DNA from: Octopus sinensis
Taxonomy: Eukaryota
Length of the DNA stretch: 52,522 nt
Direction: 5' to 3'
Assembly (NCBI RefSeq): GCF_006345805.1
Contig: NW_021833966.1
Location: 1 to 52,522, forward strand
Shown piece after piece: positions 50,761-52,522 of this stretch. Position numbers and translations under genes: made by a program. Under the pieces are notes generated by a model. It did no database searches. It saw only the letters and a program-made list of their open reading frames with translations, and was not told the origin of the DNA. Positions within the stretch are counted from its first letter, which is position 1. Every line of letters begins with the position of its first letter.

Positions 50761-51679
50761 CTTCAAAGAATTCCTTCATTTGGTAAAGTTCCTGCAATTA
50801 ATCACAGATTAATATGGATGTTGCACAGCTTCGGATCACGACTGATCCATGCGAAATATCGTTAAATATGTTCCAGCAGCGACTAACACGGTTTAATACG
50901 TTCCCGTTGTTTAGGTTTTCACGGAGGGAAAAAAGCACAATGCATGGCTAATTATATTTGCGGACAACAACTTCTTTTTATAACACGGAGAGGGAAGACA
51001 TTAATCATTAATCATGACCTTTGTAGGTTATAACAGACTGATATGATTGAGGTGAGTGATGTGACTCACAACTGTATGAAAATATCTGATGGAGGATTGA
51101 GTGAAATGTTGTCGATGTAGGAAACCAATATTTGGTCTAACTCTCTGCCACATTAATCACAGCCAATCACCACCAGTTGGTGTTTCACAGGGTGGCGTTT
51201 TAGCGGGGTGTTTGTTTAAGCAATTTGAAAATTAACCACATAAAGCCTCTACACCAACAAATAGGATATTTATTCTCTTGGCAAAGAACTGATCAGTAGA
51301 ATTAGAAAATGGTCGTAAATTTTCTGCGACGACAAAAAATATTTCGGCAAAAAGCGATAAATTACATTTTATTCTTTGACAAAGTTATATATTGGAAGAG
51401 AGAGACATTTTAGAACTTTCTAGAACTAGGAAAAATAATTAATTATTAAGAAAGATATTTCGTTTCCACATTTGGAAATTAGCAGTTAATGATTGCTTCC
51501 ACGAATGTTTGCTGTGTTTTATATTATTGTTTGTTTATACGTTCCGAAGTGTCTATTAGCTCTCTCAAATCATTAGACGGTGATAGAGAGACTGAGAGTG
51601 ACGTCATATCACGTGGGACCTCATAGAATATAGATTTATTAAATTCCGGACATGTGAAGAGACGGCGAAAAATGCACAG

Positions 51680-51731
<52 letters not shown>

Positions 51732-52085
51732 ATATATATATATGGATAGAGAGATAGATATATATAGATAGATTGATAGATATATATGTATATATAAGAT
51801 GTGTGTGTGTTTGTACACCAAAGACAGACTCATAAACAATGGCATATAGAGTTATTGCATATACATGTATACACAATACTGCCATACACAAATATATAAA
51901 TATACATAGATACATACAAGGCTACACATACACTCAGACAATGATCACATATAAATACATGCATACATCTATCTTTATACATGTGTGTGTGTATACATAT
52001 ACGTATACCCACTTCTACATACACATATAATAATCATACACATAAGCATACCGAGACACATAATAATCATATATACAAATAATAT

Positions 52086-52136
<51 letters not shown>

Positions 52137-52522
52137 ACACACACACACATATGCGTTCCTCTACTTACACACACAATAATGCCAAATACAAACATACACA
52201 CATAGCTGCGTATACACATATACATACGCACAGTAATTGCACGTACAAACATATACATACGTAGAGGCTTATGCGCACACTTTGACTCTACCAGAACTGT
52301 TTGTTCTGATTTACCATTCCCATGGTTCCCAGTATGACTTCGAAACGTTATCATAGAATTCTATAGAAAAAGTGCTGGTATTAGAAAACTTTTCAGCCAT
52401 CCATTTAATTGTGTATTCTGTGCAGATGGCATCTTGATGGTTGACGTCGGGTGGCGGGTAGGGTGGTGGTGTTGGTGGCGGTGGTGGCGGTGGGGAGAGG
52501 TCTCCTAGTGCCAGATGTTGAC

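Noticed and set aside
199-52354. Dozens of YI-, LSIY-, HT-, VC-, MYVC- and poly-I/V/T ORFs
   Set aside because: They are stop-free frames of di-, tri- and tetranucleotide microsatellites.
1-52522. CRISPR-like arrays, rRNA or prokaryotic systems
   Set aside because: No regularly spaced repeat-spacer structure or rRNA similarity; the sequence is clearly eukaryotic repetitive DNA.

Overview
This is a gene-poor, very repeat-rich eukaryotic window. The SINE families and the density of (TA)n/(TATC)n/(CA)n/trinucleotide microsatellites look like an octopus (coleoid cephalopod) genome; this is an inference from repeat style, not a database hit. I find no credible intact host protein-coding gene: nearly all supplied ORFs are microsatellite translations (YI-, LSIY-, HT-, poly-L-rich). 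Recognisable content is decayed mobile DNA. (1) Three tRNA-derived SINE families, labelled here A, B and C. (2) Penelope-like (PLE) GIY-YIG and linker fragments. (3) A Ty3/Gypsy gag with PBS. (4) Mariner, Tc1 and Buster/Charlie-type hAT relics. (5) An RTE 3' end, an R4/Dong-like LINE piece, and a comparatively young Tx1/L1-clade LINE embedded in a (TATC)n array. The best second-look signals are: a perfect 46-bp fold-back carrying half a hammerhead core (16408-16501); a near-complete but apparently broken type I hammerhead fold (30435-30508); an inverted pair of diverged GIY-YIG segments (3077-3280); the microsatellite-embedded Tx1 with matching flanks; a triple AGGTCA DR4+DR5 cluster (25373-25399); and a 590-bp tandem duplication differing mainly by small indels. 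These may point to ribozyme-bearing PLE or retrozyme-like activity, but I cannot support a claim of an intact novel system from this window alone.
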